Assembly (NCBI RefSeq): GCF_009914755.1
Contig: NC_060926.1
From: the human T2T-CHM13v2.0 reference genome, Homo sapiens
Strand: one strand, 5' to 3'
Length of the DNA stretch: 64,000 bases
Shown: positions 32,819-47,363 of the stretch, in pieces
Numbering within the stretch: the first letter of the stretch is position 1
Layout: each line of letters starts with the position of its first letter
Made by a program: the position numbers and the translations under genes
Notes under the pieces: generated by a model
Databases searched by the model: none
What the model was told of the DNA's origin: nothing
What the model saw: the letters and a program-made list of their open reading frames with translations, nothing else

Positions 32819-34175
32819 CTACAAACAAAGATGTAAACATGTTTTCTACTGATCAGCAACTTCCAAAGACTTTAGGCAACAGAGTATTGCTTCTATGGAA
32901 CCCAGAGAAACACGAAAACAATTCCATCTCCCCCAAAAAGAGATCTGACTTGGACAGTTCTAATCATATACATGAAATAATTTCGGTTTCATTAATAAGT
33001 ATGTCATAACATTTTTAAAAAAGCAAACGTACAATAATTCTCAAACTGATTTGTATGTCCTTAACCTGGTTCCAGCGCCTAAATTTTGATTCTTCCTCAT
33101 CATTTTTGAGACTACCTCTGAGATATGATTTAAGAACTCCACTGTGAAGCCCACAGCAGGCGGGGAAAAAGCTCACAGAAAATTTCCTCATTCCTTCCAA
33201 GTAAGAAAAGTGACCATACATCCCTGCTTTACCGGGATAGACCTGGTTTCATACTTGCTGTAATTATAAACAGTGCCCTCTTGGCGGCTCAAATGCATCT
33301 CCATCTGGACAATAAATTGTATGTTCATTCTACAAATAAGCCTCATTTGTTTGGGATTTGGTCACATTTCCACATATTCTTCTCTGGATTTCCATGGCTA
33401 TTTCTGGACTGGGCTCACTCGGTTTCTACTTTAATGAAATGTTTCCCTAGGAGACCGCAAGATGAAGTTGCTCCAAAGAATGTGGAGTTTGGAAAGATGC
33501 TGTCTGAAGCATGTAAGTCAAGGCCATACTGCTATTACCCAGAGATCCACAGAGGACCAAACCCCTAAGCTGGAAGGCCTTTTCCACAAACACAGGCCTC
33601 TGTGAAAAAGAACTCCTCAAACCCTCCCCACACCAGCCCTAACAGTGGAGAGGAGTAAATGCGCACCATCGAGGACGCCAGAGCAGCCCTCTGCTTCCAT
33701 AAATTGACTTGGAAGTTGTATCCTAAAATTGCTGTGGATGTCTTAATCAGAAATGTATCCAAATTTCTTTCAATAAAATGTATTTTTGTTCCTCTTCCAA
33801 GTCTTAGGATAAAACAGATGACTGGGAAGGATGGGCCATGTTTATCCTGGGGCACTGTGATTTGAGAGGTGTGGACATAAAGGCCCATTTAGAGCAGCAA
33901 CATCTCATTTACTGGGTACTGGGCAAAGTCAACATTTACTGCATGATCTTTCAGGGAAGAAAAAGCTAAACTCAATGTTTGGCAGTTATAAGAGGCCATT
34001 CAAAAAGTCTATCTGGTCATTGATTTTGCCAATTTGTTTACTTATAGCTTGAGACTTCTGCAAAATTTTTCTTCCCAACTACTTAAAAGACTGAACTCAG
34101 TTACGAGGTTTACACCCCAAGCAATTGAAACCTTTTTTCCCCTACAGAAAGTTTCAGAATAAATGCATGTGTTTA

Positions 34176-34454
<279 letters not shown>

Positions 34455-35099
34455 TTAACAAGGTTACAAAAAAACTAGGCTCAATTCATGTCTAAAATAA
34501 ACAGTATTTCTGGGAGTTTCCATTAATTCATACAGTTGCATGGTACCACGCTGGAATTTAGTTCACGGTTTCTCAGATACTATACACAAGATTACTCTCA
34601 TTAACTCAGTCCTTATTTATCTTAAAGCTTTCTGATTCAAAGTGTGGTCCTCAGACCAGCAGCATCTCACCACCTAGGATCTTGTTGGAAAATCTCAAGG
34701 GCTAATATGATTAGGCAATCAGAAAACCCTATTTTAACACAATTCCGGGTGATCCAGAGGTATACTGAAATATGAAATCACTCCATTAAGGCCATCAATG
34801 AAAATCTGCTACTATAAAGTCAATAATGAATATAAACCCAGACTTGCCTGGGAGTATTCAGTCCTATTTTTGATAATCAGAACACTCAGAAGTGACAGGG
34901 TCTCTACTTGCTTCATACACCAGATGTACCCTGCACATACTAGGTACTAAGTAAATGTCAGGCAATGCTCTAGGCTCGGGTGTTAGAGTGGTAACCAGTG
35001 ATCCCTGTTCTCATAGAGATTAAATTCTAGAAAGATGTTATTTTTCTAGAGTTAAATCCCCCACACAGCAAAAACTGTGCTTGTCAACCTTTCTTACAC

Positions 35100-36270
35100 A
35101 GTGCCCTATACAGCACAGATTCTACGGGGGTGTTTTTATATGTGCAATTGTATCATCTTTTCTTCATGTCTGGAATTTTCCTTATATTAGAAAGCCTTTC
35201 CCTATTGACATTACATCATTCACTCATTTCCCTAGCACTTGCAAGGTTTCCTTTTTTTCTTTTTAACTTTTAGATCGCTGATATATTTGTTTATTCTCAT
35301 GATCAGAGTGAAGTATGGGTCCACTTTTTGCTTTCACTTTTTTTCCAGTTAGCTTTCCATTTGTCTTAACAGCATTTACTGAAAAGTCCATTATTTTCCC
35401 CAGTGCTCTGAGCTGCCAACTTTATCACATGAATTTCCATATGCACACGGGTTTCCTTCTAGATTTTTCTCTTCTTTCCCATTGGCCTTTTTATTCATAA
35501 GCCTGAACCCTTGAAGGATGTTTGACTATAGAGGATTTATAGTCTGTCTAGTAGGGCCAGTCCCATTTCATTGCTCTACTTGTTCAGAAGTTGCCTCGCT
35601 ACTCTTGCATGTTTATTTTTCATAAATTTCAGAACAAATTTGTGTAGCTCCAGAAAACAACTTGTTGGTATTTTTATTGGAATAACATTAAAATTACAAG
35701 TTAACTCAGGGAGAGCTAATATCTTTATGATGTTGTTTTTAATTCTTATGCTTCTAATGGTTTTCTCTTGTCTAATTGCATTGGCCAATACCACCAATAC
35801 GATGCTAAATAGCAGTGGAAACACAGCATCCTTGCTGTGTTTCTGACTTACTGGAGTTTTCCCAGTTAGGTAAGATACTGTCTCTAGAATGGAGATATAT
35901 ATATTTTTTTGTGTTAAAGAGGTACCCATCAATTCCTATCTTATTCAATGTTTTTATGAGGAATGAGTATTGAATTCTGTTAGATCTTTTCAGCTTCTGT
36001 GGAAGGAAGTAAATGCTTTTTTCTCCTTGTAGCTATTAATTTAGTGAATTGCATTAATAGGTTGCCCAGTCATGGACTACCCTTGTAACCTATAATAAAT
36101 CATATTTGGTCATGTCCTTTCTTAATGTAGTATTTAATTCTGATCCCTAATATCTTATTGAGGACTTTTATATTGATACTCATAAGTAAAATTGGTCCAT
36201 AATTTTTTGTTTTATCTTTATCAGGCATACGTCATCAAAGTTATTCTCTCTTCATAGGAAGTTTTCCTTC
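35100..36270 (-). mobile_element. Old LINE-1 (L1M-type) ORF2 fragment
   Basis: ORF 35576-35932 contains FSIVLVVLANAIRQEK and FNVIPIKIPTSCFLELHKFVLKF, resembling L1 ORF2p; boundaries approximate. Confidence 0.8.
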
Positions 36271-36498
36271 ATGTTACATATTCTCCAACAGCAGAAGTTC
36301 AAAGCATGTGAATTGTATCAGCTGTAAAGTGTGTATTAGAAATACATGAATGTTACTGGTATCCTCTGTAAGTCCAAGGTGCCACATATCACTCAGTGAC
36401 AAAAGGGGTTTCTCTGGGCGGTTGGAATAAGTTGTCACTTTGAGGAGTTCCATACAGCTTTCTGCCTGTGCAGGGAAATCTTTGCTGTTGTCTAATTC

Positions 36499-36904
36499 TG
36501 ACATGGTTTGGATCTGTGTCCCCACCCAAATCTCATGAATTGTAATCCCCATTGTTGGAGGTGGGGCCTGGTGGAAGGTGACTGGATCACGGGGACAGTT
36601 TCTCATGAATAGTTTAGCACCATCCTCTTGGTACTATCCTTGTGATCACGAGTTCTCACAAGATCTGGTTAAGTGTGGAGCACCTCTCCCCTGCTTCCTC
36701 CTGCTCTGGCCATGTGATATGTGTGCTTCCCCTTCACCTGCTGCTATGACTGTAAGTTTCCTGAGGCCTCCCCAGAAACTGAGCAGATGCCAGCACCATG
36801 CTTCCTGTACAGCCTGCAGAACCATAAGTCAATTAAACCTCTTTTCTTATAAATTACCCAGTCTCAGGTATTTCTTTATAGCCATGCAAGAACAGACTAA
36901 TACA
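36499..36904 (+). mobile_element. MSTA-like (ERVL-MaLR) solo LTR
   Basis: tgacatggtttggatctgtgtcccc...aattaaacctc...cagactaataca; TSD a(a/c)ttc. Confidence 0.9.
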
Positions 36905-37679
36905 ACTTCTAAGCCAGCAGGATGTGGGCACGGTGTCCTGTGGGCTTTGTAACAGCTGGGACACTACACCTAGAGAGAGGGACCAGGCCACTGGAGAATT
37001 CTGACTTCCCAGGCCTCCTCCCAAATGACCAAGGCTCGGTTTAGAGAACAGGGATATAAACAATGGCTGTAAAACAGCAGCTACATCCCCAGCTTCTACA
37101 TCCCCTTTCTACTGACTTGCTGGGAGATGCTTGGTGGAAAAACCTGGTGACTGTGGCAGGGCCTAAGAAATCTCCTGCTTCCAACTTGGGCAGTAGTCCC
37201 TCCAAGTCACTCAAACCCTTGGTGCTCTCTTACCCCTTCCACTCATCCCTCCCTGCTTCCCTCCACCCTGCCCCCATCTGCTAAGCAGATGCTTGGCTGC
37301 TCCTGTACACTTTAGTACTGATACCACTTTCACAGTGAGTCCTTAACTTTTTAACTTTCTAAGAAACCAGGAGTACTGAAACCACGGGAATTTCAAACAC
37401 TGAAGTTGGAAGGGACTTCGGCTGTCATTGACTCTTACTTTCTCGTTTCACTACTGTACCTCTAGAGACCTTGTTTGGATGGGAACTTGGTTACTCCAGA
37501 CCCCAGAGCAAAGAAAAGTCTTCTGCTCAGGAAGGGGGTCCTTTCCAATAGAGTGAGCAGTTGTCCAAGTAAGGGAATAGGCACTCCATGGGTGTGAGAA
37601 GTTCCAGCCAGAAAGCCCTCATATCCCATCCCACAGATTAGAAAACTGAAAAGTGACTTCTCCAGTGAACTAGTTTTAG

Positions 37680-37890
37680 AGTTGGACAATACTGGGTTTA
37701 AATTCCAAACCTACTTCTCATTAGCTCTGTGGCTCTGAGTGAAGTACCTGACCTCTAAACCTTAGTTTTCTCATCTTTAAAATGGGGATAAGAATACCTA
37801 ACTTCAGTGATAGTTTCGAAAGTATTTACTCAAATGAAATAATGTTTATAAAGTGCTTAGCACAGGGCCTGAAACATGATAAGCACTCAG
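37680..37890. mobile_element. MIR SINE relic
   Basis: ctgggtttaaattcc...cttagttttctcatctttaaaatggggataa...aaagtgcttagcacag core. Confidence 0.7.
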
Positions 37891-38454
37891 CATATGGTAA
37901 CCATTAGTCCTTAAGAACACAAAGATGGAACAGCAAAGGAAGCTTAGAATCCACCTCATGTCTTTCCCTCCCACCTGAAAGAAATTCTCCCCATCCCTTC
38001 AGACCCTATGGACCTAAATTTTTGTCTAGACATGCAACTAGCTTTTTCACCACAAAGAAAAAAAGAAAGAAAAAAACTTAGTGTGCTGTAAGACAGCACA
38101 CGAAACATTTATAGTCTACTACAGTGTGTATAGCATAATATTCTCTTAAATGTATTTTCTAAAAGCTCTTATATTAAAAAACAATGGGAACAATAATTTC
38201 CCATCTCGGCATGTCTATAGAATTTTGTGGTCTCTAAATGATCTGAACTAACTCGGAATTTTGCATGTTTTTAACTTGTTGAATCTGTTGAATCCCCATG
38301 TACCTATCACAGTTTCAACAATTAGCATTCATGGATGGCCTTGTTTCATCCCTATTCTCCTTACTCTTCTAGTCCCCAAATGGGATTATTTGAAGCAAAT
38401 ACCAGACATCACACCATTCCATACACATATACTTTAGCATGAATAGAATATACA

Positions 38455-38823
38455 CAGTCATGTACCACATAACAATGGTTCAGTCAACGATGGACCGCGT
38501 ATATGACAGTGGCCCCATAAGATTAGAATGGAGCTTTATGGGGGTACCACCTTTTATCTTTTACACACTATCTGTACTGTACCTTTTCTATGTTTAGATA
38601 CACAAATAACATTGTGTTACAATTGCCCATAGCGTTCAGTACAACTTCATATTGTACAGGTTTGTAGCCTAGGAGCAATAGGCTTTACCATATAGTGTAG
38701 GTGTATGGTAGGTTATACCACCTGGGTTTGTGTAAGTGCACTCTATAATGTTTGCACAAAAACGCGATCACCTAGTGGTGCATTTCTCAGAATGTATCTG
38801 TGTCATTAAGTGATGCATGTCTG
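38455..38823. mobile_element. Tigger3a-like DNA transposon
   Basis: cagtcatgtaccacataacaatggttcagtcaacgatggaccgc...ttaagtgatgcatgtctg-TA. Confidence 0.8.
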
Positions 38824-40660
38824 TATTAATAAAATAAAGTTACTTCAACAAGGGGGGAAATGGTGAAGAAATGTTTCTGACCTACCTAGCCAATAGTTGG
38901 CTGGATAACTTTGGAAAGGAGGCACCTATTGTGCCTTTTCCCTTTCCCTGACATCCCCAGACACCCAGAAACTTCCCTCACACCCCAAGAAGGCTTTGCA
39001 AAGGTGTTCACGGACTCAGGTGTCCTCTGAGAGGCTCAAAACAATCCCCAGATTACCTACATTTTTAATGGGGAGGGAGCTCAAAAGCTGGTAAACCTTC
39101 AAGATCCAAAGCCAGGGGATGAGGTTCATGTGGGAGAGCAGGGGTCACCTACTCTGCTGCCAATGCCATCTCTGGGCCAAGGGGCCAAATGTGAGGATGA
39201 CATGCTTGCAGCTGGGGGAAACAGGTTGTCCTTCTGCCCATCTTTGCTCCTGGCTGTCCTTTCAAGTCTATTAGAAATACAGAGGAGGCCCACGCATACT
39301 ACTTTTAGGATGGAAGCCCCATATAATCAAAACTGCCGGCTGAAAATCTCCCAGGTATATGCCAGGTTAGAGACAGGCACACCTCTTTCAGAGGAGACAA
39401 CCTGGCCAGCTTCTCCTCCAGCGTTGATATACACCTTTGTTCCCTAGGCTGGGTACCAGATGAGCTAGCCAGCTTGAGTTTAGAATAAGCAATATGTATC
39501 TTTACATGCTCAGTTCAGCAAGATGCTATCAGTGTGACAAGAAGATGGGAACTATACGCCTAGGGAAGTGACAGGATTACAAGGACTGGGACAAATGCTC
39601 AGGCAGTGTGTGGAGAATGGCATCCTCCACCACACCTAAACTCCCTCCCTCTCCACTGTCACACAGTTCACTTCGGTAGTTATTTGTTGGTGAAATGCAC
39701 ACAGGATGCATACTGTGTCCTCTGGCATCCATATAGCAATGGGCTCCTCCAGAACAATCCATAACATGGTGGCTTCACACTGCCTGCCTGTTGGCTTGTT
39801 GTCACCACCCCAGTGCTCAAGAAAGGAATACTAAATGCCATAGCAAATTCAAAACTCTGCTGAACCCTGACAACTAGGAAGGTTTGTATTAGGATTAATA
39901 AAACAATGATCAAAAATCTTGATACTAGTACAACTCTGACTCATTTACTGTTTGATGCCTTGAATATTTAATAGGTATCTTGATGTTGCTCAAAACAAAG
40001 CCCTTGATTTTCCCATCAGCCTCCTTTTCTCTCCACAAACCTATTGAGTCCTACAAAACTCCTGCCCCTGCCCCCTCCTTGCCTTCCCAGCTCCGTGTAC
40101 AGCATTACCATTTTTCAAGGGGTTCTAGTAGCTGCTGTAGAGCCATCCTTGACTTTCTGCTCTCACTCCTGCATCTAATCCTTCAACATAAGGATCCTTC
40201 TATATTGGTATCACATCCAAAGCATAACCTGAATCTGTCCACCTCTTCCTACCTCCACTGATTCTACTGAGCGCAAGCTTCCACTGCCTCTACCTTGGAC
40301 AGCTGCAAGAACCCTCTATCTGCCTGCTTCCATTCCTGTGCCAGCAACTCAGAGGCCTTTCCTGACCCTGATCTAAAGGAACAACCCCACTCCCAGCCAC
40401 TCCATGAATTCAGCATGTTATCTTCTCAGCACTTTATGCTACCCAGAAGTATCTTGTTTATATGTTCTCTCTCCTCGTTAGAACTTAATTCCATTAGATT
40501 AGGATCTTTCTTAAAGCCTGGTTCTATAAAATCTCTAAATCTGATTCTCCCACTTCTTGGGGCTATAAAATTAGAGAGATATTCATCATTGCTTTGACAT
40601 GGGCCCTAATAGTATTTGATGAATGAATACATTTTTATTTTATTACAGTTTATGTGTTCA

Positions 40661-40774
<114 letters not shown>

Positions 40775-42073
40775 CTAGATTTGAGTGGTTAGAACAAAAA
40801 TAAATTAAAATGCAGAATGTTTACTTTATTGTGTATTGTAAGTTGATATGAATTTGTTTATATTCTCCGGGAAACCTCATCTCTCATCTATTAAATTCTA
40901 TATAAGCTATGTTTGTTAAAATCAAAATATTTCTTTCACGAATTATGACAAAAATTGCTTTAACTTTCTAAGTGCAGGTACCTAACGTACTTTTTGATTT
41001 AAAAACAAGTATTTTCACATATGGTTCACATAATATTTTTACTTTAATATCTTTCCATATTTCTTAAGGCCAATTATCTTTGGTTAGGATCCCGAGACAA
41101 TGCAAATGATATAAAAACTATACATGACATTCCTCAATGAATGCATCTGTTGGTCTAAGCTTTGAACTAGACCAAAGATATTCATCTAGGGTTTTCTGTT
41201 GCCATTGTCAAAGCTAGTTTGCAAAACACTACCAATAGCAATAATGGCTCTTTATACAGGTACATTCATGCAAGGTCTGTATGAGAACAAATTTCTGTAA
41301 AGTTAATTTGATTTCCCCACTCGTAAATAAAATCATAAATACATTCACAAAGGAAAAAAAAACAACTTCCAATTACCTAAGCTGAAAAGTTCAGTTGTAT
41401 TGTATGAAAGAAGAAAATGATAGCTTTCACCTCCATTAAAACAGAAAAGTTCTGTTATTACACAACATAAATATGATAGCCACCCCAAGGGCATGCTGGG
41501 AGTACATCTGAAGAACCCCTAAAACTCTATAGCATGTTCTCTCATGTCTGGATCTTTCTTTGACTTTCTCTTCCAGGAGAGGCCAACTCCACCAGAAGCA
41601 AGGCAAGGTGGAGTCTAGTTCCTGAAGTCACCTGACTTCCTTAGGTGAAAGTCAAACCTTTCCTGTTTTATTCCTCATTTGCATAGCAAGGACCTGAACC
41701 TAACCACTAATGTTCCCTGGAGCTTTAATGTATTACTATAGATCATTGCTCTTAAAATGTAGCCCCTTTTCTTTGGTTTAAATATTGACAATTTTTAGTA
41801 AAACAAAATTATAGCATCACATTTTTCTCAGGATTACTGATACCTAAGAGGTGATACATTTAACCCTAAAAATTCCTTCTGTGTTTATAAAATAAATTGG
41901 TATCTTATTTTACTTATGCTATATTTACTGATGCTGTAGATAACATAAATGGAGTTAGTCTCTATTACTTCTCTAAATACCAATAAGTGTGTGCTCAATT
42001 GTATTTGCTGAATGAAGAAAACTGCCTTCCATAAACATGAGAACATTTCAACTAAAATACAAAAACCAGGTCA

Positions 42074-42265
<192 letters not shown>

Positions 42266-42988
42266 CTATGTAAAACAGACAAAACAAATGTTGGTTTCCT
42301 TATTGAAATTATTAAAAATAATTTAAGTATTTTCTTAGGTTTATTTTCTTCTTTTGAAACTGACATTGCTTTTAGCAGCAGTTTATGTGGTATTTCTCTT
42401 ATGTGCAATTAGCACAAAAAATTCTAAACTCTAAGAGATTGTGCATGACAGTGTTCATGGTGACTATCTCTGAAGGGGGAAAAGTCAACAGGGGACCCTT
42501 CACTTTCTATGTCAAATACTTTCAGGACGTTTTTAAATTAGCAAATAATAAATTTTAAAGTAGAACACCTATCAGTTAAAAAAAATCCCCTTAATTTTAC
42601 TACCTTCTTCATATTTCTAATCAATGTTTAACCATTAATTTGGCTTTATTTCTTTTAAATTACTTCTTTCTATAGTCTGGATCCTAAGTTGGAAAATAAT
42701 CGGTGTCAGTATTCCGTAACTTGTCCAAAGCATTTAGGAATATCTATCATAAATTAAATTTGGCAAAACTGTATAAAAGTGCTTAATGACTAATATACTT
42801 AACTTTGTTGAGACACTTTTTGGCTCAACTTTGTTGAGTCATTTTTTAAATCAACAAACTTTTCTACAACAAATAATTCCAGTGGCCATTGATGGAATTC
42901 ATCTTCCAGTAAACATGGCCCCAAGTCACTTAATCAACCAGTACTTTTAAGGTGTAAACTTCTTCTTCTGTCTAGTGAATTTTCCTTA

Positions 42989-43216
<228 letters not shown>

Positions 43217-44544
43217 TTAATCCAAAACATAGTTTGTCCCAGGAATATTTTATTTAAATGGCATTTATAGTCTAAAGCCTGTTTTTAATTGAGTTTGGGG
43301 ATGAACTTTTTTTCTCCTCCACGAAACACATCTTCATGTCTTTGCTTATTGTCAACATATCAGGGCAGCCTTCTCTGGCCTCTTTTATTTAAACTGCAAC
43401 CACCTCCCACCCTGGAAACATGCTCTCTCTTTTCCCTGGTTTATTTTTCTTCATAGTACTTACACCACCATCTGACCTACCACATATTTTATTTTCATTA
43501 TTGTCTGTTTTCACCACTTGAAGGGATGGATGTTGGTGGAGGATTCTGTGCACTGGTGTATCCCTAGAACAATGTCAACCACATAGTAGGTATCCAATAA
43601 ATATGCCTTTAAAATGAGTTTGTGATTTTATCAAATAAATACATGAAAAACATTATTTTAATTAGACTTGCTTTAAGACAAATCACAAGACTCTCCCAAA
43701 ATTGCTCTCCTACAAATCACAGTACATTTGTAATTTAACTCAAATATTTTCAAACTTGTTTTATATTTATGATTCATATGGTAAAATTCATTATTTTTCT
43801 TATACACATTTAAAAAGATATATTTTCTTCTTTGCCTACTACAAACAATAAATCTGGCATAAAGAAGTAATGATTTTTAAAGATTAAAACATCATTAAAT
43901 GTAATTTAAAAGGATAAAGTAACACTTAGCTTTTTGGATAACTGTTAAGTCCATTTTTACATAGTGATCCTAAAGATTCAAAATCACAACAAAAACTTGA
44001 TATAAGCAAGTCCTAAAATTCATTAGGAAAACGGAGAGTCTCCCATGACCATCATGTAACTTAGGATTTATATCAGCACACAGGTGGCAATATGCAGAGC
44101 AGACACAAGTGAATCTTGTCCTGCCAGACCTCTGGGGAAGGAGTCTGGATTTTCAAGTAGGGCATGGAAGAGTGTGTATGCATACTTGTAGCCGAGCACA
44201 TGTATGCAGGCATGAGGTCACGCCTACTCCACAAATGTCCTTCCAAAGGAGTGTGAGGAAATGTCTGGCCTATAAAGCTAGTTATCATCATATATACCAG
44301 TAGAAACGGACCCAAGCCCAGCCCCTTGGCACTCCTGCTGAAGCAATTTGATTTTTCAGTTCAGTTTTATTTTACCTGAGTGGAAAAATCTGTGGCTGTC
44401 TCCCTCCCTGCTTGGTAACTAATAAGGATCTACCTAAAGCAGATATGCTGGACCGTCAGGCAATGGGAGCTGCAACGCCTCTTATTAGCCAAGCGAACCC
44501 AGGTAACTTACTCCCCTATCAACAAGGTGTGTGTGTGTGTGTTT

Positions 44545-45591
<1,047 letters not shown>

Positions 45592-46637
45592 TCACAAAAC
45601 CTGTTACCAACTCAGGGAGTGGCATGGCCATCTCCCAGTCACTGAGCTCAAATCTCAGATTTAGGGTTGATTCCTTCCACTCCATCCCAAGACCTGCTCC
45701 TTCCTGTCTCCAACATTCTACCTTCCCAGTCCAGCCTCTGCTGCCCACAGATTGGACCACATCAATCTCCTGTGCAAAAATCCTATGATCTGTCCATTCC
45801 TAGGCAGATTTCCACCCCACCCCATCTTCATCCATCAACAAAGCAACCCAGTCACCAAATCATTTACTGTTTTTCAACTGTGCCCAACATTTCTGCTTTG
45901 CTCCAGCTACTCGCCCTTGGAAACAGCCTCTCCACAAATTTTTGCGTCTCTAAATCCTATAGCATTCAAAGCTATGTACAAAAGCCCCTTCTTTCATAAA
46001 GTTGTCTGAGACTTACTCACAATTAAGCTTTCTTTGACTTGCGTCTCACTGAATTCTGTACCTCTATTAGAGCATCGGTTCCAGTTTTCCTTGTAAAGCT
46101 CTGTGATGCCTCCAGAGTCCCCGGCGGGGGAAGGTGGGTGGGGAGGGGGTAGAGTAGTGGGGTATTTTGCTTTTTAACATCTTATGGACCTTGGACAGTG
46201 CCCTGCATATACTATGTGCTCGAAACAGTTTGTTGAATTGAAATTATGTATATTTCAGACGGAATTAGAAAGTAAAAAGCAAACCATATTATGATCTCAC
46301 AAGTGTGAGTCCAGCATCCTCATTAAGCAATGGTTGCACAATGGACTGTGCTGGAGGCTCAAGTCCTGTTTCTGTTCTATGAAAATAACTCCTTATCTAT
46401 ACAAACAACATTCAAAGCACAATCAACCACACCTCTGCATACCTACCACAGAACTCTTCAGTACCGGCCAGAAATTTTTTTAAGACTATATTATTTTGGG
46501 GTGGGGGGTCTGCAAAAACTAAACATCACTTTTAAACTCTAGGAAGACATTAAGCCCTTCCATCTTTGAACATAGAAACATAATTAAGATTCCGAAGTCA
46601 TGTACTCATTCATCTGATTCCATGAACATTTACTGAC

Positions 46638-46791
46638 CTGCCACCTTGTGCCCCAACAAGGGCCTGGGGATTCAACCAAAGGAGCAGCTACGCACAGCAC
46701 GTTAGGTGCCAAGACTGTCGAGGTTATATACACAGAGTGCGAACGTTAACCTAGACAGCTCTCGAGGATGGCATACAGCAAATGAAACTTT
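46638..46791 (-). other. STAT1: STAT1 exon 2 (5' UTR, 154 nt)
   Basis: ttttcttcttttcgcag acceptor, CAG/GTCAGT donor; agrees with recalled STAT1 mRNA leader. Confidence 0.9.
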
Positions 46792-46808
46792 CTGCGAAAA
46801 GAAGAAAA
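46778..46808. promoter_or_regulatory. IRF-E/GAS composite element at the intron 1/exon 2 boundary
   Basis: AAATGAAACT (46780-46789) abutting TTCTGCGAA (46790-46798, TTC-N3-GAA). Confidence 0.75.
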
Positions 46809-47130
46809 CGTGACTGATGGAAAGGGGTGGAAACGGGAGAAAGTGACGGTAAATGGGAAGGTGCAGTGCCTTCTAGAGGAAAATTATATTTCACAAGTCC
46901 TCTTCACTGCCAGAGCACGACTGGCAAGGACAATCGTGCTGAGCAGTGCCATCTCCGAGAACAGGTGGCACTGCTCGCACTTGGAATACTCAGGACGCGT
47001 TCTTCCTCTGGGATCACTATTCGCGGGTCAGCACAGACGGGCCGTCCTCGCCCGGCGTCCAACTGCACGGCCCGAGGACTCTGTCCCTGCGCGTCCCACC
47101 CCCGGCACCCGGAACCTCACGGCCACTCAC

Positions 47131-47363
47131 TCTGCGCGCAGGATCCGGAAGGGCTAGGCGGGGGCGCGGCGGTGCAGCCTCTCCCGAGCGCGCTGGGTCG
47201 CCTCTGCTCGGTCTGGGGTCTGCCAGGCGCGATCCCCCCGGTGCAGCCGAGCCCCTCCGCAGACTCTGCGCAGGAAAGCGAAACTACCCGGCAGGAGAAA
47301 AGGCAGCGCTGGCGCCCGGCCCCCTTCCGCCCCCACCAATCACCGGGCGGCTCCGCGCTCAGC
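47131..47363 (-). other. STAT1: STAT1 exon 1 (5' UTR)
   Basis: Donor AGA/GTGAGT at 47131/47130; start approximate. Confidence 0.85.
47272..47286. promoter_or_regulatory. ISRE
   Basis: AGGAAAGCGAAACTA matches GAAANNGAAACT. Confidence 0.85.

Noticed and set aside
42801-42846. Duplicated aactttgttgag with short CTCAAC/GTTGAG hairpin
   Set aside because: Too short to distinguish from local slippage; no supporting context
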